Shown here piece after piece: positions 9,671-20,000 of a stretch of DNA of 64,000 nt; position 1 is the stretch's first letter, and the number at the start of each line of letters is the position of its first letter. Origin of the DNA: an uncultured Legionellales bacterium (lineage in GTDB: Bacteria > Pseudomonadota > Gammaproteobacteria > JAHCLG01); NCBI GenBank assembly GCA_964352985.1, contig CAYGUK010000005.1, forward strand, positions 125 through 64,124, written 5' to 3'. A program made the translations under genes and the position numbers. The notes beneath the pieces are model-generated. The model was not told the origin of the DNA. It made no database searches and saw only the letters and a list, made by a program, of their open reading frames with translations.

Positions 9671-10261
9671 GTGATTATCATGTCATTCTGGAGCTGGGTT
9701 TTTATAATATATGTAGCTGGATTATTTTATTTCAGCTATAAATCTATTTCTTCATATATAACGTGTAGAGATAATGAAAAAGTTATTAACTACATAAAGT
9801 TTTATTTAATTTTCAAACCGTTATTATGGCCATATTTTTTGTTTTTGATGACCAATCCACTTAAGATAATCTCTCAACTATTTTTTAGACACTATGGTGT
9901 TGGTGAGCATGGTTTAAATTGTGGCACAAGAGGTTTACGTTATTTTTTAAATGATATCTTTCATGGTAAGAAGCGACACATTAGTAAGAATTATAATATT
10001 GAATTTTTTGAAAGACTCAATAATATTGAAATTAATAATAAAAACAATAGTCTCCTGGAAATTCTTAATAGTAAATATTGTGAACTGATTTACCACATAA
10101 TCAATAATAATAAAGTTGCAATGAGAATCTATTGTTACGAAGATCCAACAGAGTATCGAAAACTTGAAGACTTCACACGATATGAACTTGATGATTTGGC
10201 AATTGTTAGCTGGCAAGCTTTTATCAAAGAAATAGCTGAAATAAATGACAAAGTGGGGTGA
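9671..10261 (+). CDS. Hypothetical membrane protein. Its last codons run into the transposon terminal repeat, so its 3' end was altered by the Tn3-family insertion.
   Basis: 196-aa ORF whose stop TGA (10259-10261) lies inside the 38-bp inverted repeat. The undisrupted frame would continue about 9 codons into the sequence at 28368 onward. Confidence 0.4.
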   Translation: MIIMSFWSWVFIIYVAGLFYFSYKSISSYITCRDNEKVINYIKFYLIFKPLLWPYFLFLMTNPLKIISQLFFRHYGVGEHGLNCGTRGLRYFLNDIFHGKKRHISKNYNIEFFERLNNIEINNKNNSLLEILNSKYCELIYHIINNNKVAMRIYCYEDPTEYRKLEDFTRYELDDLAIVSWQAFIKEIAEINDKVG

Positions 10262-10292
10262 ATTGACATAAGCGGCGGGATCTTTCATTCGT
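10255..10292. repeat. Left terminal inverted repeat of the Tn3-family transposon (38 bp, begins GGGG).
   Basis: GGGG-initiated 38-mer. The tnpA stop codon abuts its inner end, as in many Tn3-family elements. Confidence 0.75.
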
Positions 10293-13200
10293 TATGATAA
10301 GTTATTGATATTTAGTGACAATATTTTTGCTATATCAAAGAATGATTCATTGGCAGCCTTCCGTTTGAAGTCAAATTCACCATGCAAATTGACATGCGCC
10401 CAGGATAATACCGAACCTTCTTTGATTAATGAAATCATTTCATTTCTTTCTTTTTCATTAGAGCAGTTAGTTAAGAGCTGTGATAAATATAAATAATTCC
10501 ACAACACAATACTATTTTGAATAAGCACTTTACACGCAACAGCAATATTTTGCTCATGTTGTTCGGCTTGTCTAAATTCACTATTGTTTGCATAAAAAAT
10601 AGCTTTAGCGAATTTATTAGATGATTCAACACGATTTAATTGTTTCTCAATTCGTTGTCGTAATTGCACATCATCATAATAAGTTAGTATAAATAATGAT
10701 TTTATAATTCGTCCAAATTCCTTTAATGCCTTATATAATGGATTGTCTTTAGCATAAGAGCTTAAACGTTTAAATAATTGTGAAGCGCTAGCCTTATTTA
10801 ATTTTATCGTGGCAATAAATCTTAAAATATCTTCCCAATGATTAATAATTAAATGTTGTCTAATTGGTCTTGAAGGAATTATTTGATAACCACGATTTTG
10901 ATAATATTTTTTAGAGTGAAATGAATATATTTTTTGGCTCGAAATATTTTTAATTCTTGGCGCAAAAGTTGTCTCAAAAAGATGTGTGGCACCAAAGATC
11001 AATTCTGTATAGCCATGTGTATCGGTTGAATGAATATCAATTTTTGGTGAATTAATATTATTCAGACCATCAAGGACATAAGCTGCTTCTCGCTCAGATG
11101 CACTCATCACATTATGATGAAACAACACTTGTCTATCATCAATAAACGTATAAATGCTAACACCTTTATCTTTTCCAAAGTATTTAAAAGAGTAGGTTGC
11201 TAATAAGCTTTCAACCGCAACACCCACTTTCCTACCATCACTCGAACTATGTCGTTTATTTTTTGAATTAGCAAAAATATGGGGTAGGGCTAGTTGATTG
11301 ATAAAGGCTCGAATGCTTTCATTTGCTGCTGAAATATTTTTTAATGAGAAAAACCAATTAATAGTATTACTCATCGTATTTTGATTAATACCCGATGATA
11401 TCTGAGCCATTTTAGTCACGCCAATATTACAACCCAGTCCTATAATACCGGCATAAAACAGCTGGCTTGATGGTTTAGACTTGGTATGTTTGACAGAATG
11501 GTGTGTAAAAGCACCCGTAAATTGTGCGACTTTATCAACTTCAGTCAACACTTGTAGTATTGGAATATAACCTACTTGGTTTAGGAAAGCTGAAATATGT
11601 TTCGTTTCTTTTTCATCAAGTGCTGGTGTTTTTATATGTAGAGCACCACGATCTTCAGCACTGATAGTAAAATGGGGATTTAAATTATTCAGTATTCGAT
11701 GATTAACCGTATGATATTTATCATCGAGCATTTCTTTAAGTTCATTTAATACCGTTTCAGGATCGGAGAATTGATTTAATTTTGCTAAGGTTAATAATTC
11801 ATCTCGTTCATTATTCCATGTGGCTGTATCAACTAAATACTCTTGAATTGCTAAATACCGATATGAATATATTAAGTTCAATTTGCCAGACTTAATATTA
11901 TCTGCAACAGCCATGAACAAAAGTATTTTGTATAAAGATACTCTAAAGTTATTGTGGTTATCGATTAAAGCTTCACGTTCATCGTCATTCAAAAAATCTT
12001 GAGGAGCACTAGCATTAATGTTGCCATCTTTCTGTTTATAGTGCTGTATTGCCTTTAATAAAGTAGGACATGAATTATCCTCATTAAAGACGAGCACTTT
12101 CAAAATCTCTGCAACACGAGCTTGTAATTTTCTAGAGAGCTTTTCTAAGTGATCAAAATAATCTTTATCTTTAGCCAAATTATCCAGTGATTGTTCTAGC
12201 ATGACAGTTTTTTTCTTTTCTTTAGCATCTTGTTTATTTTCATGCTCGCTTAATAACTCTGCTATTCGATTTACTTTACCACTATCCGTTAAGACAGTTG
12301 AATGCGTTACTTCAGTTATGGCATCTATCAGAGAGCGATAATTTTTGTTGCTTGTAGTGACATGCTTAATCGCTTTGCGGCGCTTAAAGCGTGTTAATCC
12401 ATCATTTTCGCGCAATTTACTGATCGCTGCATTGATAGCAGTTCTGACTGAACGTAAAAATATATCAACAAAGTTGTCTTGTCTCATATAATATTGATGT
12501 TGTAGGAAAGCGGCAAGATAAAGATAACGTTTACGATCATCATTGAATTGTTTTAACTGAGATAGTTTCGCCTTTTTTACCCAAGTTGCATAATACTCTG
12601 ATGATTGTGGTGTCAGTGACAATGCATTTATCAGTGGCCTTAGTGGTATGGTTAGCTCACTTAATGATCGGAATGTTTTAATACTATTGTGAATAGTTTT
12701 AGGTTGTAAAGATTGATTAATCACTTTATATCGGGATAAAGTTGTTTGATGCTGATGATTCTTAGTAACAAGAAGGGCATCGAGCACTATTTTTTGATTA
12801 TCTTTTAAGTGACTATCAATAGTATCAAGCGATCGTTTTTCATGATCATAATAATAGTGTGAAATCAATTCAGCTAAGGTATTATAACTTGGGATCTCAA
12901 TGTTATGATGATGTAATTGATGCAACACATCAAAAAAAATTGCTTTTGGCTCGATCACTTGTTGAACTTTCAACGCTATTTCTTTTTCAACCCAGTTTTT
13001 TTCTTGCTGAAAGGATTTACAGTTAAAGAGTGTTAATATTTTGCCACGATGTTTTTTTGGTGTGGTATTTTTATAGTTCCCTAAATCGACACGATAATGT
13101 GGGATGTTGAGTAATTTACTCGCATAGTCAATATCCTCTAGGCGAAATTTTTTAATTGTGAAAAAACGTCTACTTGCTTTAAAGTAAGCGTACTGCAATA

Positions 13201-13357
13201 AAAATCCGACTTTATTCGTTGCGCCGCGTAGTTTTTTTAATTGTTGTGATAATGGTTTATCGATAGCAAAAGCTAGGGCTTTTGTCTCTGCTGATAAAGT
13301 CGGTGGCGCATCAAATTCAATTTGTTCATTATCATCTAAAATAGTTAATCGTGTCAT
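10292..13357 (-). CDS. tnpA: Tn3-family transposase (DDE).
   Basis: 1021 aa. The C-terminal region contains 'HSTDTHGYTELIFGATHLFETTFAPRIKN', the hallmark Tn3-family TnpA motif. The size is typical. Confidence 0.85.
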   Translation of the reverse strand: MTRLTILDDNEQIEFDAPPTLSAETKALAFAIDKPLSQQLKKLRGATNKVGFLLQYAYFKASRRFFTIKKFRLEDIDYASKLLNIPHYRVDLGNYKNTTPKKHRGKILTLFNCKSFQQEKNWVEKEIALKVQQVIEPKAIFFDVLHQLHHHNIEIPSYNTLAELISHYYYDHEKRSLDTIDSHLKDNQKIVLDALLVTKNHQHQTTLSRYKVINQSLQPKTIHNSIKTFRSLSELTIPLRPLINALSLTPQSSEYYATWVKKAKLSQLKQFNDDRKRYLYLAAFLQHQYYMRQDNFVDIFLRSVRTAINAAISKLRENDGLTRFKRRKAIKHVTTSNKNYRSLIDAITEVTHSTVLTDSGKVNRIAELLSEHENKQDAKEKKKTVMLEQSLDNLAKDKDYFDHLEKLSRKLQARVAEILKVLVFNEDNSCPTLLKAIQHYKQKDGNINASAPQDFLNDDEREALIDNHNNFRVSLYKILLFMAVADNIKSGKLNLIYSYRYLAIQEYLVDTATWNNERDELLTLAKLNQFSDPETVLNELKEMLDDKYHTVNHRILNNLNPHFTISAEDRGALHIKTPALDEKETKHISAFLNQVGYIPILQVLTEVDKVAQFTGAFTHHSVKHTKSKPSSQLFYAGIIGLGCNIGVTKMAQISSGINQNTMSNTINWFFSLKNISAANESIRAFINQLALPHIFANSKNKRHSSSDGRKVGVAVESLLATYSFKYFGKDKGVSIYTFIDDRQVLFHHNVMSASEREAAYVLDGLNNINSPKIDIHSTDTHGYTELIFGATHLFETTFAPRIKNISSQKIYSFHSKKYYQNRGYQIIPSRPIRQHLIINHWEDILRFIATIKLNKASASQLFKRLSSYAKDNPLYKALKEFGRIIKSLFILTYYDDVQLRQRIEKQLNRVESSNKFAKAIFYANNSEFRQAEQHEQNIAVACKVLIQNSIVLWNYLYLSQLLTNCSNEKERNEMISLIKEGSVLSWAHVNLHGEFDFKRKAANESFFDIAKILSLNINNLS

Positions 13358-14592
13358 TCTTCTAAAGCCTTTATTTTTCGTAATTTTGTTAATGATAATG
13401 ATTGAGTCGCATTATGACGATCGGTTTGTGCAATGTGACGATAATGCATGGTAGTACCAATATCGCTATGGCCTGCATTTTCTTGCGCAACTTTTAACGG
13501 TGCACCTGAATCTAATAAGAAGGTTACATAGCTATGACGTAACCAATGGGCTGAGGCTTGTCTTAGCTTAGATGCGCGTCGTGGTTGCTCGACATCAAAT
13601 TGGGTAGCACCTAAATTAAATGCCCATTTAATTATTTGGTCAATGCGACGAGTGCTGATAGGCTGTTTCATATTTTGCATTGGAATAAGCGGTGTCCTTT
13701 CTCTAAATTTTGGTTCAGCGGAGGGTAACCCAGTAAACCGCCTAAAATCAATTAAAGCACTTAATAAATCATCAGGGACTGGAATTTCTCTTAGTTTTTT
13801 ACCTTTGCCAGTCACTCTTAAAAACCATTTATCTTCACGCTGTATAAAATGTCCCATACGATGAGTGGCTGCTTCATTAATGCGAAGCCCAGTATAGAGT
13901 AACAGTAAGATAATATAGCGTGCGCGAGCTACTTGAAAAGCGTGTGATTCATTTTTAATAGCATAATCATTTAATGCGTTTATTATTGCCTCTATTTCAT
14001 CTAATTCTAAGTAGCGATCGATTAATTGTGATTTTTGTTTGTTACGCCGTTTCCGTCGACGCTCAACCGCTAAGGGATTACCCGTTAAATAATTGGTTTG
14101 CACTAAATAATTAAAAAAAGAATCAAGAATTGTTGTGACTTTATTAATAGTCGTTTGGCTTAATGCTTTAGCAAACGGTCTCCATTTAGGGTTGGCAGTA
14201 TCATCTTGAAGTCGTCTAGCAGCTTTAGCACCGACCCAAACTAATTTAGGTTGAGGATTTTTTAAAAAATGTTGGTACTCCACTAAATCATTTCGCCTTA
14301 AACTGGATATATTTAAATGGGCTATGTGGATGCACCATAATAATAATCGCTCGATTTCCTTAGCATAAGATTTTAAGGTCAATGGTGAGTCACGAAACTC
14401 TAGTAAAAATGAAGAAATTGCATCAGCATCATTCTTTGCATCGATTAATGATTCACCAATGGCTTTGTTATAATCATCTTTAGCAAATGAAATGATTTGC
14501 TTGCCAATATCAAAGCTATCATCTGACATCAGAAATAATGGCTTTATTACTTCATGTTTCGGGCATGGGCCTTTGAGCATTATACAGTTCAT
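13354..14592 (-). CDS. Tyrosine recombinase transcribed just upstream of and overlapping tnpA. Probable TnpI-like cointegrate resolvase of the transposon.
   Basis: 'HWLRHSYVTFLLDSG...GHSDIGTTMHYRHI' (R/H-R-H-Y box). There is a 4-bp overlap with tnpA. The same operon layout occurs in Tn4430 tnpI-tnpA. Confidence 0.7.
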   Translation of the reverse strand: MNCIMLKGPCPKHEVIKPLFLMSDDSFDIGKQIISFAKDDYNKAIGESLIDAKNDADAISSFLLEFRDSPLTLKSYAKEIERLLLWCIHIAHLNISSLRRNDLVEYQHFLKNPQPKLVWVGAKAARRLQDDTANPKWRPFAKALSQTTINKVTTILDSFFNYLVQTNYLTGNPLAVERRRKRRNKQKSQLIDRYLELDEIEAIINALNDYAIKNESHAFQVARARYIILLLLYTGLRINEAATHRMGHFIQREDKWFLRVTGKGKKLREIPVPDDLLSALIDFRRFTGLPSAEPKFRERTPLIPMQNMKQPISTRRIDQIIKWAFNLGATQFDVEQPRRASKLRQASAHWLRHSYVTFLLDSGAPLKVAQENAGHSDIGTTMHYRHIAQTDRHNATQSLSLTKLRKIKALEE

Positions 14593-14712
14593 CCTTGATC
14601 ACTGGCAGTTTCACCCTACTCTAGCATAAATCTCTACTTCTTAGAATAATATTACTATGAAATATTAAGTTATAATCATAAATTCAACCTAGAAATTTAT
14701 TACCTTATTTAC

Positions 14713-14744
14713 TTGACCCTCTACTTAGGTTTAGGGTTTATACT
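14713..14744 (+). promoter_or_regulatory. MerR-type promoter: TTGACC, a 19-20 bp spacer containing the dyad ACCCT-N12-AGGGT, then TATACT.
   Basis: TTGACC at 14713-14718. Dyad ACCCT 14716-14720 and AGGGT 14733-14737. -10 TATACT at 14739-14744. The over-long spacer with an internal palindrome is the signature of MerR-family activated promoters. It could alternatively be a recombinase (res) subsite. Confidence 0.4.
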
Positions 14745-14804
14745 TTATATAAATAGAATGATGTTAATGTATAATGTGATTATACAAACTTGTGAGTTCA
14801 CGAT

Positions 14805-15233
14805 ATGAGTTTGATTACAATCGGTGAATTGGCCAAAGGCTCAGGCGCGAGCATTACTGCAATTCGCTATTATGAAAAAAATCAGTTAGTCATACCAGAC
14901 TCTCGCACTAAGGCTGGCTACAGATTATATACGAAAGATACCATCGTAAAATTGCGATTTATTAAAAATGCGCAGCAACTCGGTTTCACATTAGATGAAA
15001 TAGCAGAACTTACTCAACTACAGAATAATTCTTCCGCCACTTGCAAACAAATTAAAGCACGTGCCTATAAAAAACTACAATCTGTTGAACAAAAAATACA
15101 AGCATTAATGAAAATTAAAACGGCATTATCATCGTTATATCAACATTGTGATAGTAAAAAGGCAATTAATGGTTGCCCTATCTTAGAAGCACTCAACGAA
15201 AACGACATAATAGAGGAAAATGATGATAGTTGA
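14805..15233 (+). CDS. MerR-family metal-responsive transcriptional regulator (CueR/ZntR-like).
   Basis: N-terminal HTH 'IGELAKGSGASITAIRYYEK..L'. A coiled-coil dimerisation helix. C-terminal 'HCDSKKAINGCP' (Cys-x8-Cys metal-binding loop). Confidence 0.75.
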   Translation: MSLITIGELAKGSGASITAIRYYEKNQLVIPDSRTKAGYRLYTKDTIVKLRFIKNAQQLGFTLDEIAELTQLQNNSSATCKQIKARAYKKLQSVEQKIQALMKIKTALSSLYQHCDSKKAINGCPILEALNENDIIEENDDS

Positions 15234-15933
15234 ACTCATTTACGATCTAGCCTGTCCAAATGTAGATGCAACAAGAGAAAATCTCTTGAAGGCATTTGCC
15301 AAAACAGCACTCACGGCAAAATGGCAAGAATGGGATCGCAATGCGCCTGATTCACCCAATTATGTGCAACAATATGGCTCTCCAACACTATTAATCAATG
15401 GGCAAGATATTGTTGGTGAGAAGCCCACATCAAATAACTGCTGTCGAATTTATCAAGATGACCAGACAGGGAAGCTTACCCCTATTCCAACAATTGCTAC
15501 TATCAGTAAAAAACTAAATGAAGCTAATACAAAATCGAAAACTAAAAAACAACTCTTTTCATTAAAATCGTTAGTCGCTACTCTACCCAGCATTTTTATT
15601 GCCTTATTACCAAAACTCACTTGCCCATTATGCTGGCCTGCCTATGCTGGATTATTAAGTACCTTCGGAATTTCATTTACCAATTACACACCCTATTTAT
15701 TACCACTGATGATTGGTTTTTTATTAATCGCATTATTTACATTATATTATAAAGCCACCTCACGTCGTGGGTACTATCCATTATATTTAGGAATAGTTGC
15801 CGCGATTATTATTGTATTGGGTAAATTTGTTTTACATCTTAATGCCATTCTTTACCTTGGCATTTTAATTTTACTTCTCGCAAGTATTTGGAATAGTTTT
15901 CCTAAAAAGAAAACGAATTGTTGTCGTCAATAA
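15220..15933 (+). CDS. Fusion of a thioredoxin-like soluble domain with a C-terminal polytopic membrane domain carrying a CPLC motif. Possible metal/thiol-handling membrane protein.
   Basis: N-terminal 'LACPNV' motif. C-terminal hydrophobic segments with 'TCPLCWPAYAGLL' and a terminal 'NCCRQ'. It overlaps the merR-like stop, which suggests an operon. Confidence 0.35.
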   Translation: MMIVELIYDLACPNVDATRENLLKAFAKTALTAKWQEWDRNAPDSPNYVQQYGSPTLLINGQDIVGEKPTSNNCCRIYQDDQTGKLTPIPTIATISKKLNEANTKSKTKKQLFSLKSLVATLPSIFIALLPKLTCPLCWPAYAGLLSTFGISFTNYTPYLLPLMIGFLLIALFTLYYKATSRRGYYPLYLGIVAAIIIVLGKFVLHLNAILYLGILILLLASIWNSFPKKKTNCCRQ

Positions 15934-16001
15934 AGGTTGACTCTCAACGATGGTAGAGAGTTTACACTGTTAACTGTTGAATTAATATAGGAGTATTTAA
16001 C

Positions 16002-16262
16002 ATGAGCAAACGTAAAGTTGAAATATTTAGTGCTGGCTGTCCAGCTTGTCAAGAAACAATTGATCTTGTAAACAAAATTGCTTGCCCATCTTGTGAGATT
16101 TCAGTGTTAGACATGCATTCACAAGACGTTGCTAAACGGGCAAAATCCTTAGGTGTCCACAGTGTGCCCGCTGTTGTCATTGATGGCAAACTAGCAACCT
16201 GTTGTCAGGGAAAAGGTCCGAATGAACAAGCATTGCGTGATGCAGGGATTGGACAAGCTTAA
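16002..16262 (+). CDS. Small thioredoxin/glutaredoxin-fold redox protein.
   Basis: 86 aa. CPAC active-site motif near the N-terminus ('FSAGCPACQE'). An additional CPSC and a CC pair. Confidence 0.55.
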   Translation: MSKRKVEIFSAGCPACQETIDLVNKIACPSCEISVLDMHSQDVAKRAKSLGVHSVPAVVIDGKLATCCQGKGPNEQALRDAGIGQA

Positions 16263-16286
16263 TAACATTTATTATTCTTTCACATC

Positions 16287-16331
16287 ATGCTTTTATCATT
16301 TCATCAAATAATTATGATGATAAAAGCATGA
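16287..16331 (+). terminator. Stable hairpin (14-bp stem) directly downstream of the redox gene. Candidate intrinsic terminator.
   Basis: CATGCTTTTATCAT (16287-16300) pairs with ATGATAAAAGCATG (16318-16331). It lacks a clear U-tract. Confidence 0.35.
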
Positions 16332-16411
16332 ACATCACTGTGACTTGACTTTCACCTAAGGGTTAATGATTAACTCAAGATCATCTAATAATAATAATAA
16401 TAAGGATCGAT

Positions 16412-17089
16412 ATGCTGGGTTATGTAAAAAAAATATTAGCAAAAGTTCCCTTTATTGGTGCACTATTTCACGAGCAACCGAAACGAAAACTCATTCGAGA
16501 AACTATGCTTTTAGGTAGCATGGCGGCAATTAATAAATTAATTCACACCATCGATCCTGAATTTATGATGGGATCACATAAGAATATGCAAGAGATGGAT
16601 ATGAATTCCCATATAGACTATGGTATTGTTTATGGCAAAATGTTATTGATGATGTTTCTTGTGGCATATACTAGAAACATTGTTTACAGCATTGGCGAGC
16701 AGATTGTAGATCAGACTCAAGAAGATTTAGTATCAGATTGGCGCGATAATCCTATGAGTAAAGCCTTAGTTAAAACCATTCCCATTGTCGGTAATCTGGC
16801 TGATAAAGCATTAACGACAAGACACACAAAAACAGAAATAATATTTACCATGGCAGATGAAACAGCGATGTTAACCATTGGCACACTTACTATGGCATTA
16901 CCACTTATGCCACAGCAAGATGTTGCTCATTTCTTTTTACGTTATGTGCGCATGATGGGTGGCATGGGACTCGGTAGCGTTTCAGTTGAAACATTAAAAC
17001 AGTTCTTAACAAGCTGCCAGCCAACATTATTTACAGAGCATGACTCAACTCAGCGACAACGATTATTAACACAAGCCTCTAGCGTTTAA
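16412..17089 (+). CDS. Hypothetical protein (transposon cargo).
   Basis: 225-aa ORF with no recognisable motif. Confidence 0.35.
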   Translation: MLGYVKKILAKVPFIGALFHEQPKRKLIRETMLLGSMAAINKLIHTIDPEFMMGSHKNMQEMDMNSHIDYGIVYGKMLLMMFLVAYTRNIVYSIGEQIVDQTQEDLVSDWRDNPMSKALVKTIPIVGNLADKALTTRHTKTEIIFTMADETAMLTIGTLTMALPLMPQQDVAHFFLRYVRMMGGMGLGSVSVETLKQFLTSCQPTLFTEHDSTQRQRLLTQASSV

Positions 17090-20000
17090 TCATTAACGCA
17101 CGTCGTTTCCATAAATAATAAATTGCCGGGATCACAATCAACGTTAAAAGCAATGCGCTGATCATTCCACCGACCATGGGTGCTGCGATCCGCTTCATCA
17201 CTTCTGATCCTACGCCATGACCAAGCATCACTGGTAATAAACCGATAACAATTGAAAGCACTGTCATAGCAATTGGCCGAACACGCAATAAGCTACCTTC
17301 TATTACGGCTTGTTTTAACTGTGCTAAAGATAATTGTGGTGTTGCTTCTTCTTCTGCCACCAGTGATTGATTTAAATACGTCAACATTAACACACCAATT
17401 TCAACAGCAACCCCTGCTAGTGCTATAAAACCAACGCCTACTGCAACCGATAGATTATAGTCAAGACTATATAGCAACCATACACCACCGGTTAAGGCTA
17501 AAGGAAGTGTCAGTAAAATAATCAAGACTTCTTTCACTGATTTAAAATTAAGATACAGTAAAACAAAAATAATTAATAATGTTAAAGGAGCCACTCGCAT
17601 TAACTTTGCTTTTGCCCGCATCATATATTCATATTGGCCTGACCACGTTAAACTATAACCTGGGGGTAATGATAATTTTTCAGCTAATACATTTTTTGCA
17701 GTTTTTATATACTGTCCAATATCAATATTATCAATATCGATTAATACCCACCCCGTTAATCGCGCATTTTCACTTTTGATCACAGGCGGACCATTAGTGA
17801 TAGACACTGTTGCCACATCAGCCAGTGGTATATTAGCACCTGATGATGTTACGATGGGTAGTAACTTGATTGCTTGCAATGAATCGCGGTTAGTTTGTGG
17901 ATAACGTAAATTGATGGGGTAGCGCTCTCGCCCTTCAACTGATTCACTAATGGTCATACCACCAATAGCCGTTTGCACCACTTGATTAATGTCTTTAATC
18001 GATAAACCATAGCGTGCGGCTTTTTTGCGATCAATATCAATTGATATATAGCGTCCACCTGCGGCGCGATCGGCATAAACTGATAATGTGCCAGATAAAG
18101 GTTTTAATAGTCTTTCTATTTCCCCACCTATTTTTTCAATTTCGGTTAACGAAGGGCCGGAAACTTTTATTCCAATAGGCGTTTTAATGCCTGTTGCTAA
18201 CATATCGATCCTAGTTTTAATAGGCATAACCCACGCATTCGTGATCCCTGGCAATTTGACGATTCTATTTAACGCTTCTTTTAATTTTTCTTTCGTCATG
18301 CCTTTTCGCCATTGTGATTGTGGTTTAAATTGGATCACTGTTTCTATCATCGTCAACGGTGCTGGATCGGTTGCTGTGTTTGCTCGCCCAATTTTACCGA
18401 AAACGGATTTTACTTCGGGTACACTTTTAATTAATTTATCGGTCTGTTGCAATATTTGCTGTGCTTTACCAATAGAGACACCGGGTAACGTTGTTGGCAT
18501 ATACATCCAATCACCTTCGTCAAGATTTGGCATAAATTCAGTGCCTAAATGCGTTAATGGCCATAAACTTGCAATAACAAAAACCAGAGTTAAGACTAAT
18601 AAGGTCACTGGATAGTTTAGTGTTACATTAATCACTGGCCGATAAAGCATCATTAAAAAACGATTCAATGGATTTTTATTTTCACTGATAATCTTACCTC
18701 GGATCAAATACCCCATTAATACTGGCACCAATGTAATAGAAAGTATCGCAGCAGCTGCCATCGCATAAGTCTTGGTAAATGCAAGCGGACTAAATAATCG
18801 CCCTTCTTGTGCTTGTAAGCTAAACACGGGTAAAAAGCTCAACGTAATGATCAATAACGAGAAAAATAAAGGTGGTCCAACTTCAATACTCGCTATTTTA
18901 ATTAATGTCCAGTGATCACAATTTGGATCGCGTGCCTTGTGTTGATGAACATTTTCTATCATCACAATGGCCCCATCAACCATCGCACCAATGGCGATTG
19001 CTATTCCACCTAAAGACATTATATTGGCGTTGATCCCTTGAACTCGCATGACAATAAACGCTATCAATATGCCTACTGGTAAACTAATGACAATAATTAA
19101 CGAGGATCGAAAATGAAATAAAAAGAGTAAACAAATGAGCATGACGACGATACATTCCTCAATTAATTTTGCACTTAAAGAGTGGATCGCTTTTTTAATT
19201 AATGTTGCGCGGTTATAGGTTTCAACAATTTTGACACCTTGTGGTAAACTTTTTTGTAATTCCGCTAGTTTTGTTTTTACCGCTTTAATAGTGGCAAGTG
19301 CATTGCCACCTTGTCGCATAATAATAGTGCCGCCAACGGTTTCACCTATTCCATTATATTCAGCAATCCCGCGTCGTAATTTGGGGCCTAATTGAACTCT
19401 CGCAATATCAGACAGTAAGATCGGTGTACCATGCTCACTGACACCTAACGGAATATTGTCAAGATCAGCTATCTTTTGAATATAACCATTGGTTCTCACC
19501 ATATATTCTGCTTCACCCATTTCAACCACTGAGCCGCCGGTTTCGGTATTGGCATTTAAGATTGCTTTCTTGACTTGATTAAGTGAAATATTAAATGCGC
19601 GTAATTTATTAGGCTCAACCACAACTTGAAATTGTTTCACCATACCGCCAACCGTTGCCACTTCCGCAACACCTTTGACAGTTTGTAATTCAAATTTTAA
19701 AAACCAATTTTGTAGGCTGGTTAATTCGCTTAAATCATGAGAGTGTGTTTTGTCGACTAACACATATTGATAAATCCAACCAACCCCCGTTGCATCTGGG
19801 CCTAGTTCTGGTTTGGCGTTTGCGGGCAATTGACTCGACACTTGATTTAAATATTCCAATACGCGCGATCGCGCCCAATAGGGATCGGTGCCATCTTTAA
19901 AAATCACATAAACATAAGAATCACCAAAAAAAGAAAATGCCCTGACTGTTTTTGCATCGGGTACGGCAAGCATGGCAGTCGCAAGTGGATAAGTGACTTG

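Noticed and set aside
10250-10258. Alternative that the target duplication is longer (AAAGTGG) or that GGGG belongs to the duplication rather than the terminal repeat.
   Set aside because: Tn3-family terminal repeats canonically begin GGGG and generate 5-bp duplications. AAAGT at both flanks with repeats of 38 and 37/38 bp is the simplest reading. The right repeat tip is imperfect (GGGTGGATC versus GGGGTGAATT), so a 1-bp ambiguity remains.
15220-15933. Calling the membrane fusion protein MerT (mercury transporter).
   Set aside because: The CPLC motif and topology do not match the MerT CC-in-TM1 plus cytoplasmic Cys-pair pattern. Only a generic thiol/metal-handling description is kept.
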